From a bacterium (GTDB lineage: Bacteria > Patescibacteriota > Saccharimonadia > Saccharimonadales > SZUA-47): a stretch of DNA of 64,000 nt. The translations under genes and the position numbers were made by a program. The notes below the pieces were generated by a model. That model ran no database searches and was not told where the DNA came from. It worked only from the letters and a program-made list of their open reading frames with translations. Below, in pieces: positions 40,342 to 49,831 of this stretch (the stretch's first letter is position 1; each line of letters begins with the position of its first letter). The stretch spans positions 66,438-130,437 of the forward strand of contig RFTN01000004.1 in NCBI GenBank assembly GCA_009923445.1. The letters run 5' to 3'.

Positions 40342-40548
40342 ATGGCAAAAAAAGGCGACAAGCGTAAAATTATAGGTATGGTTAGCACCGAAAGTGGTCA
40401 CCGTACGTACTACACACGCAAAAATACGCAAAATACACCCGACAAACTTAAACTACGAAAATACGACCCAATTTTGCGCAAGCATGTTATATACGAGGAA
40501 ACTAAAAAGAACCTTGGTCGAAACGAAGTTAAGCCACGAAAGGGTTAA
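40342..40548 (+). CDS. rpmG: 50S ribosomal protein bL33 (Cys-free form, with C-terminal extension)
   Basis: [55 protein letters not shown] matches the bL33 pattern. Confidence 0.85.
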   Translation: MAKKGDKRKIIGMVSTESGHRTYYTRKNTQNTPDKLKLRKYDPILRKHVIYEETKKNLGRNEVKPRKG

Positions 40549-40567
40549 AGTTTTAAGTACTGTATTA

Positions 40568-40592
40568 AATCCCGCTAAATTAGCGGGATTTA
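40568..40592. terminator. bidirectional terminator hairpin between convergent rpmG and the GH15 gene
   Basis: Near-perfect palindrome AAATCCCGCTAA-A-TTAGCGGGATTT flanked by A/T runs. Confidence 0.7.
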
Positions 40593-42524
40593 TTATACAT
40601 CTGAAATATCTAGTATCGTATTAATTAGTTCTGCATGGCTCCACACTAGTGGTGACACGCCAGTAGATGCGCCTGTTTCAGTATGAGCTTGTTCTGACAG
40701 CATGCCGCTCGGTGATGTATGCTGCAAACACCATGCTATTAATTCTGAAGCCTGTTCGGTTTTGTTTGACCTAACATAATATTGCGCAAGCCATAGCGTA
40801 GTTACGTACCAGGAGTTTCCTTTATACTTTGGGACACTTGCAAAGTAGTTATCGTTCTCATATCTAGGCACTCCACCACTAGGTGCACTATTGAGTAGTT
40901 CTTGTTCAATTGTTTTTGCACCGTTAACAATTCTCTGTTTATTGGTCTCGTATTCGAATGTAAACATGCCGTACCAGCTAGAGACGTCTAACGTGTTATC
41001 ATATGTAATTTCGTTGTTTTCTTGCAACAGCACGCTTTTGATATAAGAATTCCGCTCGTCATTAAAAAAAATATAGTTGTTAGCTTGAAGCCGTTCAGCC
41101 GAGTACTTCCAGTTCGTATAGTCTTCTTCGAACCCAAAGCGATCTGCAAAACTACTAGCTACAACAAGCGCTTTATATGTAACTGCGGTTGTATAGGCGT
41201 GTGTAGCAAATTTTTCTTCCCACAAGTCGTAGCTTGCGTGCGGCAAATGAGTCTGTTCGTCAATAAATGTGGCCATAAAATCTGCCGCTGGTTTTATGAA
41301 TGTATCGTACATTTGCTCTATAAATTCTTCGTCTTTTGTATAGTCTAAATATTCTCCTAGCATAAAAAGTACCACTGCCGTTTCATCTTCTTGTATTGCA
41401 AGTTCTTTTTTAAGCCCGTGCAACAGCGGGTGCCAGGTACTACCGATAGCTTTATCTGGCTGATACTTATGCATTAAATAGCCATCTTTATGCAGTATAT
41501 CTGCGCAAAATGTAAAAAATCGTTTAGCCTCAACAGTATAGTCAAGTCGTATAAGTGGCCATAATACAAAAGCGCCGTCGCGGGGCCAAACATAACTATA
41601 ATAATCACGACCATAGTTATATATAGATGAATCGCAGCTTGCAATAATACCTCCGCGTTTATCTATGTGAGCTTTAATAACTAAGAGAGATTTTGTAACA
41701 GACGCCTGTAGCTCTTGAGCTATATTTTTTCGTTGCAATTGCGAGCGGTTAAGCCAAGTATTAAAGTGTCGACGTGTTTTGTTAATATCTTCAGATACTC
41801 CATTTTGCACATACTCGAGATGAATAAGTGCGGCATCTTGACGTGAGTCAGATGCAACAACCCAATAATCAAAAAGGAACGAACCGTGCGGAGTAACGAC
41901 TTGAGTAAAGCGAATAACAGAGTCTACTCCGGCATGTTCAACAGCAGATCCCGACAACTCGCCGTCCTCTGCATCTTTAAAGGTACCTTCTTTACCCTCG
42001 ACACCGTAATTTCCAACAGCAAATTGATCAAATAATCGGCCATCATAATGTCTGCCTCCAATAAGAAGAGTCACCGCCCCCTTGTAATCAAGTATATATA
42101 CATCTTCGGGTTCGTATAGAGCGGTATCAGCTCTCCCCGCACGAGAAATCTGAAATACTTGGTGCATAAATACGCGTATTTCGCGCTGTTCTGTTGAGTG
42201 ATTTTTAACCTCAATACTACGAACGAATGCATTTTTATTGCTTACAACTGTATCCGTACAAACAAGCTCTATATTTAAAGATTCGTTACGCATAACTACC
42301 TTACTAATTAATGCATTAGACTCAAAGTCAACCGATATTCTCCAGGTATTGCTGCATACCCAGCTAAACTTACCGTTTACCCAAACGCCAATTTTATGGT
42401 GTGCACTACGAGCAGTAGTTAGGTTTTCTAAACCAACGTATGGGTAATAAAAATCATGCACAAGACCTTGTTCGTCTAAGCCTACAACCATTGAACCGTT
42501 GCTAAGTATTACGGGTCTTGCCAT
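40593..42524 (-). CDS. glycoside hydrolase family 15 protein (glucoamylase/glucodextranase-like)
   Basis: 643 aa. GH15-type motifs YVWPRDGAF and YDLWEE (catalytic acid region), and an N-terminal beta-sandwich region. Confidence 0.8.
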   Translation of the reverse strand: MARPVILSNGSMVVGLDEQGLVHDFYYPYVGLENLTTARSAHHKIGVWVNGKFSWVCSNTWRISVDFESNALISKVVMRNESLNIELVCTDTVVSNKNAFVRSIEVKNHSTEQREIRVFMHQVFQISRAGRADTALYEPEDVYILDYKGAVTLLIGGRHYDGRLFDQFAVGNYGVEGKEGTFKDAEDGELSGSAVEHAGVDSVIRFTQVVTPHGSFLFDYWVVASDSRQDAALIHLEYVQNGVSEDINKTRRHFNTWLNRSQLQRKNIAQELQASVTKSLLVIKAHIDKRGGIIASCDSSIYNYGRDYYSYVWPRDGAFVLWPLIRLDYTVEAKRFFTFCADILHKDGYLMHKYQPDKAIGSTWHPLLHGLKKELAIQEDETAVVLFMLGEYLDYTKDEEFIEQMYDTFIKPAADFMATFIDEQTHLPHASYDLWEEKFATHAYTTAVTYKALVVASSFADRFGFEEDYTNWKYSAERLQANNYIFFNDERNSYIKSVLLQENNEITYDNTLDVSSWYGMFTFEYETNKQRIVNGAKTIEQELLNSAPSGGVPRYENDNYFASVPKYKGNSWYVTTLWLAQYYVRSNKTEQASELIAWCLQHTSPSGMLSEQAHTETGASTGVSPLVWSHAELINTILDISDV

Positions 42525-42526
42525 AT

Positions 42527-43738
42527 TTATTCTAATAAACCCTTAATACTCAATCGGTATTGTATATCGTGGTATGCGTTCATAAAGTTTTCGTAAGCAA
42601 TATACGGTGATTCATAAGGACTAAAGTAAGCGTGTACATCACCATCACTCCACCACTTGGTGCACATATAGTAAAAATGATCGCTCGTTTGTAATTTACG
42701 CCAATCTTCTAGTAGTTCAGCATCATTACTTTTTAAAACCGCACTTTCAAGTGCATAAAGTGCGGCTATCGATCCTTGCTGCATTTTATTACCTAGCCAC
42801 GCAGTCAAATCACGCTCTGTGTCTGCCCATGTGATGGTATGTGGTACATCTATCTGATCAACAGCTTCGAATGACTCGGCAGCTTCTGAGACGGTCATAA
42901 ACGTATGGTTTGTATCACCTAACCATACGTGGGGCAAATGTTCTAAAAAGTTGAATATACCCGTGTCTTCCCATTGGTGTTCGCCGAATGTCTCATAGTC
43001 CATAAATAAGTTAACTAGCGGTTGGTCCCATGAGGAATTCAACCACTGTAAATATTTTTCAGTTGTAAGAGGGTACTCTTCCCATGAACGATTACTAAAC
43101 CTAAAGGCTATATCGTCACTTAGTTTATAGTTTTTGGTTAATAACTTAATGTTATTGGTATAGGCTGGTCTGTACACAAAATTCGGACTACGCCAACCAA
43201 GTACCGGGTCCCAGCCCTCTGACAATATAGCTTTATAACCAGCTTGATCTGCCCAATATGCTATATCATTGTTGTAACTAAGTTCAGTGTTACGAAATGC
43301 TGTTGGTACAACTCCAAACAACTCATAAATTTTATCTGCATGTTTTTTAACTTGGGCTTCAAATTCCGATCTAGAGTAGAAAAACGCTAAACTATGATGA
43401 TATGTTTCTGCTACAATTTCTACTCGCCCCGTTTTAATAACTTGCTTAAAGCTTTCTAAGACTTCAGGTGCATATTGTTCAAATTGTTCCAGTACCGTGC
43501 CTGTAATAGACATAGAAAGTTTAAATTCTTGGTTGTCATGTAGCATACGAAGCAGGCGTTCGTTAGTAGGAATATATGATTTATAGGCCACTTTACGAAT
43601 TATATCTGCGTTGTTAGTGCGGTCGCCTTCGTGGGTATCAAAATAATTATGATCTATACCGGCGTCAAAAATTGTATAGTGCCGAATACGGTACGGCTGA
43701 TGTACGTGCAAATATAACACTATAGCTCGCTTAGGCAT
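42527..43738 (-). CDS. glycoside hydrolase family 57 protein (alpha-amylase/branching-enzyme type)
   Basis: LHVHQPYR N-terminal motif, ISGT..EQ and DYETFGEH regions typical of GH57. Start MPKRAIV is preferred; the alternative is 43753. Confidence 0.78.
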   Translation of the reverse strand: MPKRAIVLYLHVHQPYRIRHYTIFDAGIDHNYFDTHEGDRTNNADIIRKVAYKSYIPTNERLLRMLHDNQEFKLSMSITGTVLEQFEQYAPEVLESFKQVIKTGRVEIVAETYHHSLAFFYSRSEFEAQVKKHADKIYELFGVVPTAFRNTELSYNNDIAYWADQAGYKAILSEGWDPVLGWRSPNFVYRPAYTNNIKLLTKNYKLSDDIAFRFSNRSWEEYPLTTEKYLQWLNSSWDQPLVNLFMDYETFGEHQWEDTGIFNFLEHLPHVWLGDTNHTFMTVSEAAESFEAVDQIDVPHTITWADTERDLTAWLGNKMQQGSIAALYALESAVLKSNDAELLEDWRKLQTSDHFYYMCTKWWSDGDVHAYFSPYESPYIAYENFMNAYHDIQYRLSIKGLLE

Positions 43739-44966
43739 GCTGTAACCCCACATTTATATGTTTATTATACTCTTCTAGCAGGGTAGAGACTGATTTGTCC
43801 CACGTAAGATTTTTAAGTTCAATTTGGCCCATCTCGATTAAGGTATCTTGTAAATCTTGATTATCTAAAACACAAGAAATATGATTGGCCATTTCATCTA
43901 TATCCCAAAAATCTACTTTAAGAGAATTTTGCAGCAACTCGGCGACTCCAGATTGCCTGCTTATAAGTACTGGTGTGCCGTGTGTGATTGCTTCGAACGG
44001 CGTTAAGCCAAATGGCTCAGAAATACTGGGCATAACAAATATATCAGCTACTCTAAATGAATCACGCCATGATTTGCCGGTACCATTCAAATGGCCGGTA
44101 AATAGTACATTAGCCCCAATACCAAGTTCAGCCGCTAAGTTCATAAGTTCAATTTGTTGTTCGCCACTGCCAACAAATAATAAAAGAGTCTTTGGTCTAT
44201 GCTTTACGACTTTTTGCATGGCGTACACTAAATGCGATAGACCTTTTTGAATAGTTAAACGTCCTGCGCTGAGGACAACTTTGTAACCAGATGTTTGCAT
44301 CTGCTTTAAATACACAAAAACGTTACTGTGGGTATCTTCTAGTTCGTGAGGTTCAAACTCCATAGCGTTATGTGCAACAACAATTTTAGACGCATCAATA
44401 TCGTATTCTCGTATGATTGCTCGCTTCGTAGCTTCGCTAACAGCAATAATTTTGTCAGCTAGCTGCAGACCCATATACTCTATTTCACGCACCATTGGAT
44501 TTCCATTTTTACCACCAGCTCGATCAAATTCGGTTGAGTGAATATGCACAATAAGCGGTTTACCGCACATTTGTTTAGCCATAAGACCAGCACGAAAGGT
44601 TAGCCAGTCATGAGCATGAATAATATCGTATGAGCCAAGTAGTGCAATTTTAGCCGCGTACTCTGCGTAGTTTTTTTGGTGCTCGTCCATTGCCACGCCG
44701 CGCGTGGAACCATCTGAGTAAAAATACTTAAAATATTGACTGCTATAAGTGCTGCCAGCAGATTGCCCCAATACTTCTTTTGCACCGTTGGGTAATGCAG
44801 GGTTTATTTTCATAAAATCAATCGCACTAAAATCAGCGGTATACGGAAGTATAAATTCAATATCTGCGCCACTTTGGGCTAATTTTTTACAAAGCTGATA
44901 GCAAACAATTCCCATACCACCAGTGTGGTGAGGTGGTAGCTCCCATCCCAACATTAATACTTTCAA
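43731..44966 (-). CDS. GT-B glycosyltransferase, glycogen/alpha-glucan synthase-like (GT4/GT5)
   Basis: MKVLMLGWELPPHHTGGMGIV N-terminus and EPFGLTPFEAITHGTPVL C-terminal motif. Confidence 0.8.
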   Translation of the reverse strand: MKVLMLGWELPPHHTGGMGIVCYQLCKKLAQSGADIEFILPYTADFSAIDFMKINPALPNGAKEVLGQSAGSTYSSQYFKYFYSDGSTRGVAMDEHQKNYAEYAAKIALLGSYDIIHAHDWLTFRAGLMAKQMCGKPLIVHIHSTEFDRAGGKNGNPMVREIEYMGLQLADKIIAVSEATKRAIIREYDIDASKIVVAHNAMEFEPHELEDTHSNVFVYLKQMQTSGYKVVLSAGRLTIQKGLSHLVYAMQKVVKHRPKTLLLFVGSGEQQIELMNLAAELGIGANVLFTGHLNGTGKSWRDSFRVADIFVMPSISEPFGLTPFEAITHGTPVLISRQSGVAELLQNSLKVDFWDIDEMANHISCVLDNQDLQDTLIEMGQIELKNLTWDKSVSTLLEEYNKHINVGLQHA

Positions 44967-45115
44967 TGCTCGCTCCGTTTTATTGTTTTTTACTAATTAA
45001 TTGTAAATTACCATCAGATTAAGCACAACCTTTTTATTTCTGTTAAATGTTGTATTAGTGTGTAGTAATTTTAACTATTTTTTGTTACAATAACATTTAA
45101 GGAATTTTATATATT

Positions 45116-46930
45116 ATGGATCCACTAAAAATACGTAACGTGGCTATTATAGCCCATGTCGATCACGGCAAAACAACACTTGTTGATGGCCTACTAAAAC
45201 AGTCAAATACTTTTCGCGATAACCAAGCAGAAATGAGCCAAGATTTAATAATGGATAGCGGTGATCAAGAAAAAGAACGCGGAATTACCATTACTGCCAA
45301 AATAACATCTGTTAATCATGCAGATAGTCGCGTAAACATAATTGACACGCCAGGTCACGCTGATTTTAGTGGAGAAGTTGAGCGAACATTAAACATGGCC
45401 GACGGCTGTTTACTTATAGTAGACGCTCAAGAAGGCCCAATGCCTCAAACAAAATTTGTATTATCTAAGGCTTTGGCGCTAGATCTTAAGCCTATAGTTG
45501 TTATTAACAAAATAGACAAACCAGCGAGCCGCATTAAAGAAGTTTTAAACGAACTTGATGATTTGTTTTTAGAGCTTGCAGTTCACGAGTCTCAACTACA
45601 TTACCCAGTGTATTACGCTATTGGCCGCGAAGGTAAAGCATGGGATACGATTCCCGAGGATCCAGCCGCACCAGGTAACTTAGACACTATTTTTGATGCA
45701 ATTATGACCAAGATTCCACCACCTACTGTAGAGCTAGATAAGCCATTTCAAATGCTTATTAACGCACTCGCATGGGATAGCTTTAAGGGCAAATACGCAA
45801 TTGGACGCATTACTCGTGGCCAAGTTAAGGCGGGCGACCAAGTAACACTTTGTAAAAAAGACGGCAAAATGGTAAAAGCTAAGGTAGATAACGTTTTTAT
45901 GAGCCGCGGGGTATCTAAATTTGAAGTCGGGCAGGGAGTTGCAGGTGACATTGTACAGCTTACAGGTATAGCAGACGTACAAATAGGCGAAACTATTGCC
46001 GATGCTACTCAACCAGAAGCGTTGCCAGTTTTTGAAGTTGAGGCACCAACTCTGCGTATTTATTTAGGCCCCAATACCAGTCCGTTTAAGGGTCTAGAAG
46101 GTGAATTTAGTACAAGTCGCCAAATTAAAGAACGCTTAGACAAAGAGCTTGAAACAAATGTTGGCCTGCGTGTACAAGACGACGGTATTGGCTTTACAGT
46201 CAGTGGTCGCGGTGAACTACACCTGGGTGTACTTATAGAGGCTATGCGCCGCGAAGGTTATGAGTTTGAAGTAGGTCGCCCACAAGTTGTTACCTTTGAG
46301 CAAAACGGAAAAACTATGGAGCCACTCGAAGAAGTTATTATCGAAGTACCAGCAGAACATGTCGGTGCTGTACAAATGGAGCTAGGTAAAAGGCGCGCTA
46401 ACCTAAAAGAGCAGTTTAGTAGCAATAAAGGCGTCACAAAGCTTGTATATGAAATGCCCACGCGTACGCTGCTTGGTATGCGCAACATTTTAATGACTAA
46501 TACTAAGGGTACGCTTGTTATGAACACGTTGCCTCTTGGCCACCAAGAACAAGGAGCAGCACTGTCACAGTTGCGCAACGGTGTACTTATAGCTTTTGAA
46601 ACCGGTGTAACAACACCATATGCCCTACAAAATGTCGAAGAGCGGGGAACGAATTTTATCGGTGCTGCGGTTAAAGTGTATGCAGGTCAAATTATTGGGC
46701 TCAACACTCGTCAAGAAGATATGGAAATTAACGTTTGTAAAGCAAAGCACCTTACAAACATGCGTAGCAGCAGCAGTGATGGCGTGGTTCAGCTAACGCC
46801 TCCTACTATTTTTAGCTTAGAACAATGCTTAGACTTTATTGAAAACGATGAGCTTTTAGAAGTCACACCAAAAACACTACGTCTACGAAAAAAAGAACTC
46901 GACCCAAACAAGCGAAAACGTCAAAAGTAA
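45116..46930 (+). CDS. typA: translational GTPase TypA/BipA
   Basis: [27 protein letters not shown] and NKIDK. The 604-aa size and domain order are typical of BipA. Confidence 0.93.
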   Translation: MDPLKIRNVAIIAHVDHGKTTLVDGLLKQSNTFRDNQAEMSQDLIMDSGDQEKERGITITAKITSVNHADSRVNIIDTPGHADFSGEVERTLNMADGCLLIVDAQEGPMPQTKFVLSKALALDLKPIVVINKIDKPASRIKEVLNELDDLFLELAVHESQLHYPVYYAIGREGKAWDTIPEDPAAPGNLDTIFDAIMTKIPPPTVELDKPFQMLINALAWDSFKGKYAIGRITRGQVKAGDQVTLCKKDGKMVKAKVDNVFMSRGVSKFEVGQGVAGDIVQLTGIADVQIGETIADATQPEALPVFEVEAPTLRIYLGPNTSPFKGLEGEFSTSRQIKERLDKELETNVGLRVQDDGIGFTVSGRGELHLGVLIEAMRREGYEFEVGRPQVVTFEQNGKTMEPLEEVIIEVPAEHVGAVQMELGKRRANLKEQFSSNKGVTKLVYEMPTRTLLGMRNILMTNTKGTLVMNTLPLGHQEQGAALSQLRNGVLIAFETGVTTPYALQNVEERGTNFIGAAVKVYAGQIIGLNTRQEDMEINVCKAKHLTNMRSSSSDGVVQLTPPTIFSLEQCLDFIENDELLEVTPKTLRLRKKELDPNKRKRQK

Positions 46931-46999
46931 GCTTCAAATACGCTCACTTTTATAGCACACCGTAACAGAGTAGGGTATAATGTATTTTGTGCTAATTAT

Positions 47000-47075
47000 A
47001 GGAGTGTAGCTCAGCTGGTAGAGTACCGGTCTCCAAAACCGATGGTCGCAGGTTCGATCCCTGTCACTCCTGCCA
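47000..47075 (+). tRNA. tRNA-Trp (anticodon CCA), CCA tail encoded
   Basis: Acceptor AGGAGTG/CACTCCT, anticodon loop CTCCAAA, T-arm GCAGG-TTCGATC-CCTGT. Confidence 0.9.
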
Positions 47076-47104
47076 TATAGGACGAATCAGCTTTTTAAGC
47101 TCTA

Positions 47105-47132
47105 GAAGACCTCTGTTATTGGGGTCTTTTTT
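47105..47132 (+). terminator. rho-independent terminator downstream of tRNA-Trp
   Basis: AGACC...GGTCT hairpin followed by TTTTTT. Confidence 0.6.
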
Positions 47133-47146
47133 AGTGGTTTGGTTTC

Positions 47147-48643
47147 TCATTTTGCTCCTCCTAAGATTTTATAAGTTTCTGAAACATTTTCGGCGATTAT
47201 TCGCGCAAAGTTTGTATATTTAACAGATACGATACCTCCTTTATATGTTATTTCTTCGAAAAGTTTGGAAATTATCAAGCGTCGTTGCTCCGGAGTGCAT
47301 TTTTGGTATATTTTTCCGGCTCGTTGGGTTAGTTTTAGCAGTACTAGCTTCTTCTCAAGCCTCCTGCCTGATTGGTGGTCTATGGTCGATAGCTGTGCTT
47401 CTATCTCGGCCTTTTGTTCTTCTAATTCGGTACGCTTCAAGTTGTACCGTTCCATAGTAATTTCACCAGCTAGCTTGTCGTCGTAAAGGTTCGTTAGCAT
47501 ACGTTCAATTCTTTCAATCTGAGCTTCCATAGAGCTTGCTAGATATGCAGTATTGCCGACACTTTTAGCATGTTTTTCACGCATGGCTTCAGTTGCCCAT
47601 TCGATCACTTCTTCAGAAGGACATATAAGTGACTTCAACATAGCTTGTATACGATTCTCTAGTTCGTCCTGACGTATGAGCTTATTGCCTCTGCATTCAG
47701 CTTTCGTTCTTTGACAGGCTCCGTAGAAATGACCTTTTTGTAGTTGCCATGTGATCATTCGATTGCAGTGGCTACAGGTAACCATATTCTTCAATGTAGG
47801 ATTGTGTTGTCTGTACTTTCCGGCAGTCTTACGGGTCATTTTATGCTGAACTTTTTCAAAGGTAGTTCTACTAATTATCAGTTGTTGCGCTCCAGGGTAT
47901 TCACGACCATTAAACTTATTAATGCCTATATAGAAAGGATTATTAAGGATAGTTTGAACCTGGCTCTTACAGAATGGCCTCCCACGCCTTGTTGTTAGTC
48001 CAAGCCGCTTCATTTCGTTTGTTATGGTAAGAATTGACTGTCCTGGTTCAAGGTATAGCTCGAATATCTTCTTAACCAAATTCTTTGTCTTAGGATCTGG
48101 CATATGAATCTTTTTGCCATTAACAGTTGTTGTTATATAGCCTGGAGGCGGTGGTGCAGGTAGCCAACCCTGCGCTAGCTTTTCCGCCCAGCCTTTCATA
48201 GCTTCTTCGCGGAGGTTGTCGGTATACTTCTTAGCGACCGAGAGGTGTATGTTCCACATAAACTTTACGTCAGATTTAGCTTCTTTGTGCAGGAGTAGAT
48301 TTTCCTTAACGGCATGAAGTCTTCGTCTAGCATCCTTCTCCAGCCATTCGTCTACAGCAACAGAATCCTTGAAGTTGCGTGTTAATCGGTCGGTTTTTTC
48401 TACGGCAAGGTTAAATATCTTTTCTTTGTTTAAGTAATTAAGTAACTCATGGAATACTTTTCGGCTTTGTTGTTTTGATGCTGTTTCAGCGATTTTAAAG
48501 ACTCTCACTACTCTTAGGTCTCTTTGTTCGCAGTAGCCTTGTAGTAGCTTCATTTGTGAGTCGAGGGAGTAGCCTTCGTCTTCCTGGGCTTTACTGGACA
48601 CTCGAGCCAGTATGACGGTGCTGTTCTCTTTATTGTTCATCAT
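47147..48643 (-). CDS. large serine recombinase (integrase)
   Basis: N-terminal resolvase catalytic motif VILARVSSKAQ..GYSLDSQ, a recombinase domain, a Cys-rich zinc-ribbon segment CSHCNRM...GACQRTKAEC, and a coiled-coil C-terminus. Start MMNNKE at 48643 is preferred; the alternative is 48670. Confidence 0.88.
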   Translation of the reverse strand: MMNNKENSTVILARVSSKAQEDEGYSLDSQMKLLQGYCEQRDLRVVRVFKIAETASKQQSRKVFHELLNYLNKEKIFNLAVEKTDRLTRNFKDSVAVDEWLEKDARRRLHAVKENLLLHKEAKSDVKFMWNIHLSVAKKYTDNLREEAMKGWAEKLAQGWLPAPPPPGYITTTVNGKKIHMPDPKTKNLVKKIFELYLEPGQSILTITNEMKRLGLTTRRGRPFCKSQVQTILNNPFYIGINKFNGREYPGAQQLIISRTTFEKVQHKMTRKTAGKYRQHNPTLKNMVTCSHCNRMITWQLQKGHFYGACQRTKAECRGNKLIRQDELENRIQAMLKSLICPSEEVIEWATEAMREKHAKSVGNTAYLASSMEAQIERIERMLTNLYDDKLAGEITMERYNLKRTELEEQKAEIEAQLSTIDHQSGRRLEKKLVLLKLTQRAGKIYQKCTPEQRRLIISKLFEEITYKGGIVSVKYTNFARIIAENVSETYKILGGAK

Positions 48644-48809
48644 TGCTGTCGCCCTCAGCCAATACCTCAAACAAAGATAATAATGATGTAGCTATCTCTT
48701 CAGTCTCAGCATCGCTAAATTTTCTGTTTTGTTGGCTCTCAAGAATACACCTTAGTTGTTCTACGGAGTTATCTACTTCACTAGTTGTACCCTCAGAAAG
48801 TGCATTCAT
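48630..48809 (-). CDS. small acidic hypothetical protein (59 aa), possible recombinase accessory factor
   Basis: One residue below the track cutoff. Hand translation MNALSEGTTSEVDNSVEQLRCILESQQNRKFSDAETEEIATSLLSLFEVLAEGDSNDEQ. It overlaps the recombinase start. Confidence 0.3.
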   Translation of the reverse strand: MNALSEGTTSEVDNSVEQLRCILESQQNRKFSDAETEEIATSLLSLFEVLAEGDSNDEQ

Positions 48810-49043
48810 AACTATCCTTACAAGGATAATTATACTATCCTTTGACGGATAGTTTCAAGTAGTTATTAGTATTTTTAGCGATAAAGTTATCCACAAGAAC
48901 TACGTATATCGATATAAGTAGTATATACTGCATTTAACAGATACAAACATACATTATTATTCTCTCTCTATTATATATACATATAAGGTAGAAAAAAGAA
49001 GAAGCAATGTCAGTACAAAAGATCAATCAATAGACGTACAATC

Positions 49044-49808
49044 ATGAAAGACAGAAAACCCTCATTACTCCAAGTAGAACTACTCAAGCTCCTATACAAG
49101 TTCCGTTTCGCTACAGCCCCATTACTAGCCATACATAAACAAAAAGGTATCGTTACTATTACTCAGTCTCTTAAAACGTTACTAGATAAAAAGTACATAG
49201 CCAGAAACTATACTCCATCATACAAACTAGCTGGTAGAGGTGCAGAATACTATCTCACTAATGATGGGATTCGTTATTTGCGTGATAACTACAAAGTTAA
49301 CGAGGCCGTTCTTCACTCCATGTACAAAAACAAAACTATCGGCCAGCCCTTTATCCAAAAGTGCCTGCTTATTTACCATCTATATATAAAGATCCAAAAG
49401 CAGTATCCAGATACTTTCACTATTCTCACAAAAGCCGAACTTGCCGGTAGCGACGACTTTCCGGAGCCATACCCAGATCTCTATATCTATAACGATCAAA
49501 ACGACTACATGCTAGATATCTTTAGCGATAGCCTCTTCTATCTCATCAAGAAGCGTATAGACCAACTTATTAAGCATCATGAATCTGGCGATTGGCCAGA
49601 GGAAACTTACCCTACACTACTGCTTGTATTGGCCGACAGCCGTATAGAGGCTAAAACACAGGCATATGTCGAGAAAGTTAAAGACGATAACTATATTGAA
49701 GATGCTGAGTTACGAATCCTCACCACAACTCTAAAAGTGTTAGCAGAAGGCGCCGGATCAAATATCTGGTCAGATGGAAAAGATAAAACACCAGTTTCCC
49801 TAGAATAG
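49044..49808 (+). CDS. replication-relaxation family protein (Replic_Relax-like)
   Basis: N-terminal winged-helix-like LLQVELLKLLYKFRFATAPLLA and a later PDLYIY...MLDIF pattern, as in this plasmid/ICE family. Confidence 0.6.
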   Translation: MKDRKPSLLQVELLKLLYKFRFATAPLLAIHKQKGIVTITQSLKTLLDKKYIARNYTPSYKLAGRGAEYYLTNDGIRYLRDNYKVNEAVLHSMYKNKTIGQPFIQKCLLIYHLYIKIQKQYPDTFTILTKAELAGSDDFPEPYPDLYIYNDQNDYMLDIFSDSLFYLIKKRIDQLIKHHESGDWPEETYPTLLLVLADSRIEAKTQAYVEKVKDDNYIEDAELRILTTTLKVLAEGAGSNIWSDGKDKTPVSLE

Positions 49809-49831
49809 TCGCTGAGGAGTATACTCTGCTT

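Noticed and set aside
48887-48895. Perfect E. coli-consensus DnaA box TTATCCACA in the AT-rich intergenic region between the recombinase operon and the Replic_Relax gene. I considered it as an element replication origin.
   Set aside because: It is a single 9-mer with no cluster of boxes or adjacent DUE-like repeats that I could see. One chance occurrence in 64 kb on two strands is not surprising.
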